NCBI GenBank assembly: GCA_034669905.1
Contig: JAXMOL010000010.1
Coordinates: 97,037-161,036, forward strand
Direction: 5' to 3'
Length of the DNA: 64,000 bases
Source of the DNA: Candidatus Hydrogenedentota bacterium
GTDB lineage: Bacteria; Hydrogenedentota; Hydrogenedentia; Hydrogenedentales; JAEUWI01
Under the pieces are notes generated by a model. That model was given only the letters and a program-made list of their open reading frames with translations, did no database searches and was not told the DNA's origin. The translations under genes and the position numbers were made by a program. How positions within the stretch are numbered: the stretch's first letter is position 1; the number at the start of each line of letters is the position of its first letter. Below are positions 40,360 to 50,312 of the stretch, in pieces.

Positions 40360-42660
40360 ATGTATGACAATTTGATAAAGATTACTTTCCCCTTCCTATG
40401 GGTCTGCATGATAGTGAGTAATGAGCTTTGGGCTGAGGTCCCATTACAGAACACCGCCCCGCTGGAAGTCGGCGGGGACCTTGCCCAGGACATGGTCGCT
40501 GGGTTACACCGCGATCTGGACCGCCGTACCAAGGCCGCCCGAAGCGAACGACGGGTACGTTGGACCAGAATCGCCACGGATGAGGACGCGCGGGAGGCGA
40601 TGCGCCGCACCCTGACCACCCATCTGGGTGCCGTAGATCCACGGCTTCCCGCTGGCATGGAAACCCTGGGAGAACCGGGGGCAACGGGTCCCGTCGCGGA
40701 AAGCGAAAACTTCGCCGTCTACCCGGTCCGCTGGCCCGTGGTGTCGGGGGTGTGGGGGGAAGGCTTCCTCCTTGAACCCCACGCGGCTGCCCGGGCCTCT
40801 CTGGTGGTCTTACCGGATGCCGATGAATTGCCAGAGGAAATCGCGGGACTTGGTACCATTGCGACACCCCGAGGAACGGGGATTCACCGCCTTGCCGCAG
40901 CTGGGTGCCGGGTACTTATAGTCTCCCCCATCAACCGTGCGGACACGTGGTCGGGGCACCCGGAAGTTCGAATGACGAATCAACCGCACCGCGAGTTCCT
41001 CTACCGCGGCGCCTTTGAAATGGGTCGCCATCCCATCGGTTACGAAGTGCAGACGGTCTCCTCAGCAATCGACTGGATCGAATCGAAGGGCCCTGACCAG
41101 AAACTTGGGGTGATGGGCTACGGCGAAGGCGGCCTGGTGGCCCTCCACACGGCGGCTATTGACACCCGCATCGACGCCACGGTGGTCTCGGGCTATTTCG
41201 GCCCCCGGGAAGGCCTGTGGGAAGAGCCCATCTATCGCAATGTGTGGTCCCTCCTGAAAGACTTCGGTGACGCGGAAGTGGCCGCGCTCGTGGCACCCCG
41301 GGCACTCGTCATTGAGCCCGCCACACCCCCCACCGTGACGGGCCCACCCCTGACAGCGGGACGTCCCCACGGTGCGGCACCGGGCGTGGTGCCCCATCCG
41401 ACGGTGGAAAGCGTCGAAGAAGAGGCGGCCCGGGCACGGGACTATTTTCCGAGCGATGAAGGGGGAGCAGCCTGGTTGCATCTTACCCAACCCGGTGACG
41501 GAAGTCCGGGGCAGGCGGAGACCTTTGATATCCTGGCACGGATACTTGAGATTCCCAATGGGGGTACCACCACCGTCGTGCTGAACCCGGGAGACGGCAC
41601 GCGGCCCGACCCGGAGGCCCGCATGGAGCGTCAGGTGAAGGGCTGGCTCGCCCACACCAAACACATCATGGAGGAAGGCCCCTTTGTGCGAAAGGCCCTC
41701 TGGGAAAAAGCCGACGCCACCTCGGTCGACACCTGGGTTCAATCGACCGCGTGGTACCGCAATGACTTCCACGAAACCGTCATCGGCAAGCTCCCCGAAC
41801 CCACCATGGCCCCCAATGCGCGGTCCCGACAGATCTACGAAACCGATGCCTTCATCGGCTATGACGTGGTGCTGGATGTCTATGCCGATGTCTTTGCCTA
41901 CGGCATCCTGCTCGTCCCCAAGGGGATTCCCGAAGGCGAGCAACGGCCGGTCGTGGTGTGTCAACACGGGCTGGAAGGACGTCCTCAGGATGTGGCCGAC
42001 CCGAACCATGTGCACAAGGCCTACGACCAATATGGCTGCCGCCTGGCCGAGGAAGGCTTCATTGTCTACGCCCCCCAGAACCCCTACATCGGGAAGGACC
42101 ATTTCCGCAGCGCCCAGCGAAAGGCCAACCCCCTCGGGCTTTCCCTCTTCTCCTATATTGTGGCCCAGCACGACCAGACCCTGGATTGGCTTGGGAGTCT
42201 GCCCTTTGTAGACCCGGAGCGCATCGCCTTTTACGGCCTGAGCTACGGTGGCAAAACGGCCATGCGGGTACCGGCTATCCTGGAGGGGTATTGTCTTTCC
42301 ATTTGCTCGGGCGACTACAACGAATGGATTTGGAAGAATGTAACGACCCGCCAGATCTACAGCTACATGTTTCACGGCGAGTATGAGATGTTTGAATGGA
42401 ACATGGGCAACACCTACAACTACGCCGAAATGAGTTGGCTCATTTGTCCCCGGCCCTTTATGGTCGAGCGGGGACACCACGATGGGGTGGCACCAGATGA
42501 ATGGGTGGGCTACGAATACGCCCGCACCCAACGCCGCTATGATCTGCTCGGTATCGGCGAAAACACGACTATCGAATGGTTTGACGGGCCCCACAAGATC
42601 AACGGCGTGGGTACCTTTGCGTTTCTGCGCGAGCACTTGAACTACCCGAAAGTGAAGTAA
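40360..42660 (+). CDS. Secreted two-domain alpha/beta hydrolase (dienelactone hydrolase-like)
   Basis: AAGGA RBS, signal-like N-terminus; domain 1 GYGEGG, domain 2 GLSYGG, FDGPH. Confidence 0.78.
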   Translation: MYDNLIKITFPFLWVCMIVSNELWAEVPLQNTAPLEVGGDLAQDMVAGLHRDLDRRTKAARSERRVRWTRIATDEDAREAMRRTLTTHLGAVDPRLPAGMETLGEPGATGPVAESENFAVYPVRWPVVSGVWGEGFLLEPHAAARASLVVLPDADELPEEIAGLGTIATPRGTGIHRLAAAGCRVLIVSPINRADTWSGHPEVRMTNQPHREFLYRGAFEMGRHPIGYEVQTVSSAIDWIESKGPDQKLGVMGYGEGGLVALHTAAIDTRIDATVVSGYFGPREGLWEEPIYRNVWSLLKDFGDAEVAALVAPRALVIEPATPPTVTGPPLTAGRPHGAAPGVVPHPTVESVEEEAARARDYFPSDEGGAAWLHLTQPGDGSPGQAETFDILARILEIPNGGTTTVVLNPGDGTRPDPEARMERQVKGWLAHTKHIMEEGPFVRKALWEKADATSVDTWVQSTAWYRNDFHETVIGKLPEPTMAPNARSRQIYETDAFIGYDVVLDVYADVFAYGILLVPKGIPEGEQRPVVVCQHGLEGRPQDVADPNHVHKAYDQYGCRLAEEGFIVYAPQNPYIGKDHFRSAQRKANPLGLSLFSYIVAQHDQTLDWLGSLPFVDPERIAFYGLSYGGKTAMRVPAILEGYCLSICSGDYNEWIWKNVTTRQIYSYMFHGEYEMFEWNMGNTYNYAEMSWLICPRPFMVERGHHDGVAPDEWVGYEYARTQRRYDLLGIGENTTIEWFDGPHKINGVGTFAFLREHLNYPKVK

Positions 42661-42691
42661 CGTGGAAAACTGAACGGGAGTGGTATCTACC

Positions 42692-43393
42692 GTGAACTCC
42701 GATGACATACTCCAGCAGCTGGAAGCGCTCGGCACCGCCCAGAACCGCAAGGTCTACGGACGCCATGGCGTGCAGCCGCCCCTCTTCGGCGTGAGCTATA
42801 GCGCACTGGGAAAATTGAAGAAATCCATCAAGACGGACCACCAGCTGGCCATCGCGCTCTGGGAAAGCGGCAACCACGATGCCCGCATTCTCGCGTGCAT
42901 GATTGCCGACCCCGCTGCCACGACGGTCAAGGAATTAAACACCTGGTCGAAAGACCTCAACGACTACGTTCTGACCGATGCCCTGGCCGGCCTCGCTGCC
43001 AAGTCCCCCCATGCCGAAAGCCGTCTGAAGCAATGGTCCAAATCTCGGAATGAATGGGTCAGCAGTGCGGCGTGGGGCATCCTTTCTGCCCTGGCCGTGG
43101 GAGACAACGACTATCCCGATGCCTTCTTCGCACCGTGGATCCCCATCATCGAGCGCGGAATTCAGGACGCACCCAACCGCACCCGCCATGTCATGAATAA
43201 TGCGCTCATTGCCATAGGCGTTCGGAGTGACGCGCTGACCGAGCAGGCCATCGCCGCGGCCGGGCGCATGGGCACCGTCACGGTAGACCACGGCGAAACC
43301 AATTGTAAGACCCCCGATGCCGCGGCCTACATCCAGAAAACCCGCGCCCACTATGCCGCCAAAGGAAAGCCCAGGCGGCGGAAACGCTGCTGA
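42692..43393 (+). CDS. DNA alkylation repair (AlkD-like) protein
   Basis: LEALG, FGV, DHQLAIALWESGNHDARILA, VDHGETNCKTP; start uncertain (42680 or 42692). Confidence 0.82.
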   Translation: MNSDDILQQLEALGTAQNRKVYGRHGVQPPLFGVSYSALGKLKKSIKTDHQLAIALWESGNHDARILACMIADPAATTVKELNTWSKDLNDYVLTDALAGLAAKSPHAESRLKQWSKSRNEWVSSAAWGILSALAVGDNDYPDAFFAPWIPIIERGIQDAPNRTRHVMNNALIAIGVRSDALTEQAIAAAGRMGTVTVDHGETNCKTPDAAAYIQKTRAHYAAKGKPRRRKRC

Positions 43394-43465
43394 GTTTCTA
43401 AATAGACGAAGATTCATCTCGGACATTTTCCAAGCCATTCGCTTACCACCATTAAGAACTGGAGC

Positions 43466-43556
43466 TTGGGAACGCAGGCGGCTCGCCTGCATTACGTCGA
43501 AGACGTAAAAACGACGTGCCTTCGGCCCGAGGCAGGCGGGCCGCCTGCGCTCCCAA
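43466..43556. repeat. REP-doublet-like inverted repeat
   Basis: ttgggaacgcaggcggctcgcctgc / gcaggcgggccgcctgcgctcccaa; each arm is itself palindromic. Confidence 0.7.
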
Positions 43557-43761
43557 TTGTCAAAGGTTACGTTGAGCGATAGTGGCCAAGCCGCACTTAC
43601 GTTGGCCTTCTGTAGGTGTTTGCATACCCTTCCGAAACCAACGGGTTGATTTTGATTGAGAGCTACCTTCACTGATGTAATGGGTGGGCTTGCGATAGCG
43701 CCACGACGTGGGCCACAATGCGCTCGTCAGTTACCGCAGTGTTTGAGCGAGGAGTCCCCAC

Positions 43762-44688
43762 ATGCCAACCCCCACCTATCAGGGCGTCATCCTCGCTGCG
43801 GGTGGTGGCACGCGTATGGGCCCCCTGGCGGACCACTATCCCAAGGCCCTCCTCCCCGTGGCCAACGTGCCCTTGATACACCGCCATTTGGAAACACTGC
43901 GGGACCTGGGAGTCACCGAGACCTTTATTGTCGTGGGCCATTTGGGCGAACAGGTCCGTGAGGCCGTAGGCAACGGTGCCCGGTGGGAAATGACTATCCA
44001 CGTGGTGGAACAGGGAGAACGCCTGGGCATTGCCCACGCCGTGGCTGCCCTGGAGTCCCGTATTCACCATGCCTTCGTCCTCCTCCTCGGCGACATCTGT
44101 TATTCTTTGCGCGACCCCGCCCGTTTGATGGAACACGTCGAATCGCATCAGGCCGCTGCGGTCCTGGCCGTCAAAATGGAGTCTGACCCCGCTCCCGTAC
44201 GGCGCAATTTCAGTGTGGAGATGGATGATCGTGGCCGGGTTCACCAGGTCGTGGAAAAGCCAGGCGCCCCCACCACCCTGTGCAAAGGCTGCGGCGTCTA
44301 TGTCTTCACCCCCGCCCTCTTCGATGCCATCCGAAAGACACCCCGCTCCGCCTTGCGCAATGAGTACGAATTGACCGACGCCATTCAGTGCCTCATCGCT
44401 TCCGGTGCTTCCGTCGTCGGGTCTTTTGTCGTGGACTGGGATGTAAACCTTACGACCCCCGCCGACCTGATCGAGAGCAATCGCCGCGTGCTGTCCGCCC
44501 AATCTAAGTCCGCGCTGGTGGGCGAAGGGTGCCAGATCGCATCGGGTACCACCTTCCATGAGACGGTCGTGGGTCATGGTGTACATATCGTGCAGCCCTG
44601 TCGCCTCGAACGGTGTGTGGTCTTACCCGGAACGGTCATGGATACCCCAGGCCCCTTGCTGGACCAGGTCCTCTACCCGGAAGGATAG
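43762..44688 (+). CDS. Sugar-phosphate nucleotidyltransferase (RmlA/GMPP-like)
   Basis: ILAAGGGTRMGPL...PKALLPV, LGIAHAV, VEKP, EYELTDAI. Confidence 0.88.
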   Translation: MPTPTYQGVILAAGGGTRMGPLADHYPKALLPVANVPLIHRHLETLRDLGVTETFIVVGHLGEQVREAVGNGARWEMTIHVVEQGERLGIAHAVAALESRIHHAFVLLLGDICYSLRDPARLMEHVESHQAAAVLAVKMESDPAPVRRNFSVEMDDRGRVHQVVEKPGAPTTLCKGCGVYVFTPALFDAIRKTPRSALRNEYELTDAIQCLIASGASVVGSFVVDWDVNLTTPADLIESNRRVLSAQSKSALVGEGCQIASGTTFHETVVGHGVHIVQPCRLERCVVLPGTVMDTPGPLLDQVLYPEG

Positions 44689-44793
44689 GTGCTTTGGCAC
44701 CACGAGAACGGAATTCGTATCGGCAGCGATGTCCATCTGGGGCACAGAATGATTCCCCTCCTCGGAGGGGTCAGGGGTGGGTTACGATCGGAA

Positions 44794-45183
44794 TCACGAC
44801 CCGGCCCGACGGCGCAGGCTGCGACGACGGGGCTTCAGATGGGCCGGTGGGTCCAGCCGGGCCGCCTCCCGCAGGCGCCGAATGGCCCGGTGGACGGTGC
44901 GACAGGCCGAAGAGGGGGCACAGCCCATACGCACTCCCATCTCCACGTAGGTCAGATCTTCGAAATAGTAGAGCTGAATCGCCACCCGCTGTTTCTCCGT
45001 CAGGCGCCGCCGCATCTGCTTGCGCACCCATTTGAGCAGCCGCGCCTTTTCTTCGCCCCAGGCCAGCCCGGCCGCCACTTCCTCCTCGGTTTCCGCCCAC
45101 GCCCCGTCGCCCCCGCCAAAGGATTCAATAATCGTCGGTGCGCACGTGACCTTGAAACGGTCGGCAAAGGTCCTCTTTTCCAT
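44794..45183 (-). CDS. Stand-alone sigma70 region-4 HTH protein
   Basis: LTEKQRVAIQLYYFEDLTYVEMGVRMG..SSACRTVHRAIRRLR; GGAGG RBS 9 nt upstream of ATG 45183. Confidence 0.75.
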   Translation of the reverse strand: MEKRTFADRFKVTCAPTIIESFGGGDGAWAETEEEVAAGLAWGEEKARLLKWVRKQMRRRLTEKQRVAIQLYYFEDLTYVEMGVRMGCAPSSACRTVHRAIRRLREAARLDPPAHLKPRRRSLRRRAGS

Positions 45184-45570
45184 GGTATTCATCCTCCATA
45201 TCGGACACCCCCTGCGGATGCCCCTTGCAGCCAATAGAACTGCACCCACGGTAGCGATGAATCCGGGGAAAAGTACTGTGGAAAAGGCGTGTTTTTCCTT
45301 GTTTTTTTCTTTGTTGGGAGGGCACGAGCAGCCCACAGGGAGACTTCTGAGGGACGGCAGCGACAACAGGGACCGTAGCAGGACGCGAAAACGATAAAGG
45401 GAGACGGAGCAACCGATTCCAGAAGGCTAACCATCGCGAAATCAGGTGGCCCCGTCGATTAACCCCCGCGCCTCTCTGTCGCCCCTTCCGACCCGTCGAT
45501 TCCCCTCACCCACAGCAACGTGATATCATAGCGGCTTCCCCCTGAATCAACCACTGGAGACCCATTTTCC

Positions 45571-46017
45571 ATGAGTATAAAAGACGACGTACAACAGGCC
45601 ATTAAAGAGGCGATGAAAAGCAAAGACCACGCGCGCCTGGAATGCCTGCGTATGGCCAAAGCCGCGTTGCTGGTAAAAGAGAAGGCCGGTTCGAAGGAAG
45701 ACGCCATCTCCGATGAAGAGGCCATTACCGTATTGCGCGCCGAAGCCAAGAAACGGCAGCAGAGCATTGACACCTACGCGGAACTCGGCAAGACCGAGGA
45801 AGTGGAAAAGCTGAAGGTGGAAGTGGCCGTGCTGGAAGGGTTCCTGCCCCAACAGCTCTCCGAGGAGCAGGTCAAGGAACGGGTACAGGCCTATCTCGCC
45901 GCCAACCCCGACGTGAACCACCCGGGCAAATTGACCGGTGCCATCAAGAAGGAACTGGGCGACCAGGTGGACGGCAAGCTGCTGAACGCCGTGTGTCGCG
46001 CGGCCCTGGAAGGCTGA
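45571..46017 (+). CDS. yqeY: GatB/YqeY domain protein
   Basis: KEAMKSKD..RL..LR, KKRQQSI..Y, FLPQQLSEE, VDGK. Confidence 0.9.
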   Translation: MSIKDDVQQAIKEAMKSKDHARLECLRMAKAALLVKEKAGSKEDAISDEEAITVLRAEAKKRQQSIDTYAELGKTEEVEKLKVEVAVLEGFLPQQLSEEQVKERVQAYLAANPDVNHPGKLTGAIKKELGDQVDGKLLNAVCRAALEG

Positions 46018-46086
46018 CACCTTCCACTGCGCCCCTTTTTAATCACCCCGGATACGGCTCCACGCGGTACCCGGGGTTTTCTCTGC

Positions 46087-46617
46087 TCACCGGAGCGCCA
46101 CCGCGGCATCGTCTGAAGTCCGATACCACGCCCCATCAATTCGTTTCCATTCCGTCTCCTGCAGGGCCGAGACGGGCCCCAACCCGTTGGACACGGCCGG
46201 CGCCATATCGAAGACTGTTTCATAGGTCACGTGTGCCGTATCGCCCGAGGGCGCCATCACGATGGTGCCGACCTGCTGAGAACGGATGGTTGCCGTCTTC
46301 CGATGGATGGAGAAGTCACGAAAATAGGCGATGACCCGTTCGCGGAGTTCGGGTGAAGGCTCCAGGTAAAACTGGAGTTCATAATAGGCTTCATCGCGGG
46401 ACAAATTCTGGAGCCGTTCCAGCAGGTCACCAAATTCCGTGGCGCGCTGCCGCAGGGCCAGGGTATTTTCGTCTTCCATTACCGCGGACGGTGGAGCGTC
46501 GGCCGATGCCCGCTCTTCGACAGACCCCGCACTACATCCTCCGAGCACGTTGATCGACGCAATCAGTAGCGAAACATAAACAACGGCGGCTCCGGCATCA
46601 TTTCGACTCAACTTCAC
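46087..46617 (-). CDS. Hypothetical lipoprotein
   Basis: Hydrophobic N-terminus with LGGC lipobox; C-terminal W..IDGAWY strand. Confidence 0.65.
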   Translation of the reverse strand: MKLSRNDAGAAVVYVSLLIASINVLGGCSAGSVEERASADAPPSAVMEDENTLALRQRATEFGDLLERLQNLSRDEAYYELQFYLEPSPELRERVIAYFRDFSIHRKTATIRSQQVGTIVMAPSGDTAHVTYETVFDMAPAVSNGLGPVSALQETEWKRIDGAWYRTSDDAAVALR

Positions 46618-46852
46618 ATCACTCTCCCAAGCGTCCTCTAACTTCGTAGCCGCATCGCGTGCGGTGCTTTGTATACTACACCCGGGGGCAAACGATTATT
46701 CATGCACGCGACCAGCGGATGGGTCATATGGTTGCGGAAGAGGTTTGGTCCCATGGTGTCGAGCCAGGGCCCGGCAAAAACCTGATACAGATTCGCCCAA
46801 GCGTCCAAACCCAACTCCGTCAGGTAGCCGTTTCGACAACCCAAAGAAGCGG

Positions 46853-47192
46853 AACCACGAATGAATACGAATTTACACGAATTTACACGAATTTTATTGG
46901 TCGCAAAAAACGTAAGGAACGCAGAGAAGAATTGCGCTTTTCCGTTCTCTGTGCGCTCTGTGTCTCTGTGGAAAAAAAGCACTGGAGGGCTCACGACAGT
47001 CGCAACTTGGTTCTTCGAGCCCGACAGTATTTTCTCTATGCTTATCCGTGTTATCCGATTAATCCGTGGTCAAAATTCGGTATTTCTCCATCCCTTCTTT
47101 GCGAATGAATCCCTGAGAAAGAAAAGGCGATACGAACGCTTGCGTGTTTTTCGGTCAATCTCATTCGTGTAAATTCGTGTTCATTCGTGGTT
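46853..47192. repeat. MITE-like element bounded by 30-bp inverted repeats (29/30) of 10-bp-period units, with nested short-period repeats
   Basis: aaccacgaatgaatacgaatttacacgaat (46853) vs attcgtgtaaattcgtgttcattcgtggtt (47163-47192). Confidence 0.8.
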
Positions 47193-47295
47193 CAACTTTT
47201 TGGGGGTCGCGGCCAATGGCTGCGCCAACCGTAACGCAATCTGGAGGGGCAAGTATCACTCCCACGTAACACGAAACATCACGAAGGCCATACAC

Positions 47296-47341
47296 AAAGA
47301 AAACGGCGCATCTTGGAGAGTAACTCTCACAAGACGCGCCG
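47296..47341 (-). terminator. Rho-independent terminator of Cys-repeat gene
   Basis: Minus strand cggcgcgtcttgtgagag..ctctccaagatgcgccg + TTTTCTTT. Confidence 0.8.
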
Positions 47342-47363
47342 GGAATTTTAGATACGTATGGGC

Positions 47364-48287
47364 TTAGACGGCAGCGGCAGCTGCTTTAGCCGCAGCGGCC
47401 TTAGGGCACTGCTTGGCTTCACCTTCGGAAGAAGCGGCCTTGGCCTTGTCACAGGTCTTGGCTTCGCCTTCGGAAGAAGCAGCCTTGGCCTTGTCGCAGG
47501 TCTTCGCCTTGTCACAGGTCTTGGCTTCGCCTTCAGAAGAAGCGGCCTTGGCCTTGTCGCAAGTCTTCGCCTTGTCACAGGTCTTGGCTTCGCCTTCGGA
47601 GGAAGCGGCCTTGGCCTTGTCGCAAGTAGCGGCCTTGTCACAGGCTTTGGCTTCGCCTTCGGAAGAAGCGGCCTTCGCCTTGTCGCAGGTAGCAGCCTTG
47701 TCACAGGCTTTGGCTTCGCCTTCGGAGGAAGCGGCTTTGGCCTTGTCGCAGGTCTTCGCCTTGTCGCAAGTCTTGGCTTCGCCTTCGGAGGAAGCGGCCT
47801 TCGCCTTGTCGCAGGTAGCAGCCTTGTCACAAGCCTTCGCTTCACCTTCGGAAGAAGCGGCTTTGGCCTTGTCGCAGGTCTTAGCTTTGTCGCAAGTCTT
47901 GGCTTCGCCTTCGGAAGAAGCGGCCTTCGCCTTGTCGCAGGTCTTGGCTTCTGCTTCGGAGGAAGCAGCCTTGGCAGCCGTCAGCGGACAGGTCTTGGCT
48001 TCGCCTTCGGAAGAAGCGGCCTTGGCCGTCTTGCTGCACGTGCTCACTTCAGCTTCCGAGGAAGCGGCATGGGCAACGGCGCCATCAAAGCCCAACAGGG
48101 ACGCCACGGCAACCTTGGCATCCGTAATTTTGCAGCCGCTCGTGCCGCTACTGGCCATCACACCCGTGGTTGCCACGCCGGACAACATCACCATGGCGAC
48201 GATGAAGGCGGTCCATTTACCGAGGCTACGCTTTGGGGAAGCGGTGCTTTCTTCGGTCGTCATGCCTTCGTGTTGTTCTTCATTCAT
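47364..48287 (-). CDS. Exported or membrane-anchored Cys-rich tandem-repeat protein
   Basis: GAGGAG RBS, hydrophobic N-terminal segment, 12 units based on AASSEGEAK(TCDKAK)1-2, own terminator. Confidence 0.8.
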   Translation of the reverse strand: MNEEQHEGMTTEESTASPKRSLGKWTAFIVAMVMLSGVATTGVMASSGTSGCKITDAKVAVASLLGFDGAVAHAASSEAEVSTCSKTAKAASSEGEAKTCPLTAAKAASSEAEAKTCDKAKAASSEGEAKTCDKAKTCDKAKAASSEGEAKACDKAATCDKAKAASSEGEAKTCDKAKTCDKAKAASSEGEAKACDKAATCDKAKAASSEGEAKACDKAATCDKAKAASSEGEAKTCDKAKTCDKAKAASSEGEAKTCDKAKTCDKAKAASSEGEAKTCDKAKAASSEGEAKQCPKAAAAKAAAAAV

Positions 48288-48658
48288 CGGGGAACACTCC
48301 TCAATTTTAGTTATAAACTGCCTGCAGGGATGGAAACTCACTGCATAGGTATTCATGGCAAATCTGTAATCATGTCACATCGGACGAGAATCCGAAGGAC
48401 TTCAGCATAACAAATCGCCCTGGGTCTTGCAATCCATCATTTTTCTGCCGACCGCGCAAAACAATGCCAGATATGAATTCATAACCCCTTTAACAGAAAT
48501 TACTTACGTTTTATAAAAGCTTCGAAACAGACCGGAGACTGACTGACGCGGATTGCAGGTGCGCATAGAAGAATGCATAATAGCCTGTAAGTATGAGTAA
48601 GCAAATACATTCGGGCACCCTGAATGCCCCTCCCCCTTGATTCGCTGGAATCGTTCTC

Positions 48659-49018
48659 ATGACACGCACAAACAAAACAACCCTTTGCTACCGTCCAGTC
48701 GGCCAAGCGGAGTTGGATCTCATCGAAGCGTCTGGATCTACGCGTTGGCCTCCTCGGCTACCCGACCAGCCCATCTTCTACCCCGTTACCAATGAGCAAT
48801 ACGCCATCGAACTCACGAAGTGGAACGTCGATGACTTCGGTGCCGGATATGTGACGCGTTTTGCCGTTAAGGCAACGTATCTCGACCAGTTCGAAGTTAA
48901 ATGTGTAGGTGGTTCCCACCAGACGGAGTGGTGGATTCCGGCGGAAGAGCTTGAGACATTTAACGACAATATAGTCGGCCAGATTGAGGTGGTGGGCGAA
49001 TACCGCAGCGAGCAGTAA
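48659..49018 (+). CDS. Conserved small protein (family often annotated 'ADP-ribosylation/crystallin J1')
   Basis: YRPVG..EL.LI...WPPRLPDQPIFYPV, GYVTRF, EWWIPAEELETFN..IVG.IEV. Confidence 0.72.
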   Translation: MTRTNKTTLCYRPVGQAELDLIEASGSTRWPPRLPDQPIFYPVTNEQYAIELTKWNVDDFGAGYVTRFAVKATYLDQFEVKCVGGSHQTEWWIPAEELETFNDNIVGQIEVVGEYRSEQ

Positions 49019-49103
49019 TATCTCTAACAGCAATCCACGACCATGCCTTCCTGATCACCATCCCGTTTTCTGAATGCGCGGCCCACTAAACCTGGAGTAC
49101 GAC

Positions 49104-50168
49104 ATGATTCAAAATTCCGTTACCTCTATACTTCTCGTGGCCATCCTCACCCTCGGTGTCCTTCCAGCGGCCCAGGGAGAAGAGACACCCCTCGCTAAGT
49201 CCTTCTCCGCCGTGGCTGATGCCACCGTGTGGCCCAACCTCACCCGCCTCCCCGATGGCACGCTGCTGCTCGCGGGCTTCGAAGAGCCGAGTCACGGACA
49301 GGTGGAAGGGGATGTGGGCTGCTGGCTCAGCACGGACGAGGGCCTGACGTGGAAAAAGCAGGGCACCCTCACCGAGCACGCGCCGAAAACGGTCCGCATG
49401 AATCAGGCCGTGGGCCTCGACGCCGATGGCAAGCTCATTGCCCTGGTGGGGGGCTGGACCGATGTGCAGCAACCCGGTGCGGAAAAGAAGAAGGCCTTCC
49501 GGGATGCCATTCTCCGCCCCTGGGTCTGCCAGTCGGACGACGGCGGAAAAACCTGGCGCAAACACGAAAACTTCCCCGCGGATGAACTCGGCCGCGAACT
49601 CGTGGCTTTCGGAAACATCGTCGTCTCCGACGAGGGCCGACTGAATGCCTCGGCCTATGCCACCCTGTATTACGGCAAGCCGGGAAAGCCCACGTCCTAC
49701 TTCCTGGTCAGTGAAGATGGCGGGGCTTCGTGGAAGGTCCGTGCGCCCATTGCGGAAGGACACAACGAGTGCGCCCTCCTCTACCTGGGCGATGGTGAAT
49801 GGCTGGCGGCCGTGCGCGCCAGTGGCTGCAACCTCTTCCGCTCCACCGACGACGGGGCCACGTGGACCCAAACCTTCGAACTCGGCGAACGGAAGCAACA
49901 CCCCGCCCACCTCTTGCAGTTAACAGATGGCCGTATCGTAGTGACTTTCGGCGACCGCCGTCCTGGCCACTTCGGAATCCGCGCCCGTATCAGCGAGGAC
50001 AAGGGGATAACGTGGAGCGCCCCTCATTTTGTCACCGCTATGCCCGAATGGGATGGCGGCTATCCCGCGAGTGTCGAACGGACGGATGGCACGGTGCTGA
50101 CGTTGTTCTACTCCAAGTCGGGTGAAAGTTATTCCGTGCAGGGCGCCGTCTGGAATGTGCCGGAGTAG
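49104..50168 (+). CDS. BNR/Asp-box sialidase-family protein
   Basis: Signal peptide; five Asp-boxes SxDxGxxW; GYP motif. Confidence 0.85.
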   Translation: MIQNSVTSILLVAILTLGVLPAAQGEETPLAKSFSAVADATVWPNLTRLPDGTLLLAGFEEPSHGQVEGDVGCWLSTDEGLTWKKQGTLTEHAPKTVRMNQAVGLDADGKLIALVGGWTDVQQPGAEKKKAFRDAILRPWVCQSDDGGKTWRKHENFPADELGRELVAFGNIVVSDEGRLNASAYATLYYGKPGKPTSYFLVSEDGGASWKVRAPIAEGHNECALLYLGDGEWLAAVRASGCNLFRSTDDGATWTQTFELGERKQHPAHLLQLTDGRIVVTFGDRRPGHFGIRARISEDKGITWSAPHFVTAMPEWDGGYPASVERTDGTVLTLFYSKSGESYSVQGAVWNVPE

Positions 50169-50312
50169 TGCTCGGCGACTTTCCGGCCAGGCAGGTAGAA
50201 TTCGATGTACCCGAGTGGGCCAAACCACCCAACATGCTGCCAACCCGGGGCTTGACCGTGTATAGTAGCCACAGCCCATCCCTAATCACTACCACCCTGA
50301 GAAAACGCTGAA

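Noticed and set aside
47400..48060. Possible CRISPR array
   Set aside because: No unique spacers; the units are in-frame coding repeats; no cas genes
47358..48410. Long plus-strand ORFs (ALSQVLASPSEEAA and GLGFAFG repeats)
   Set aside because: Antisense shadows of the Cys-repeat gene; RBS, export signal and terminator all support the minus strand
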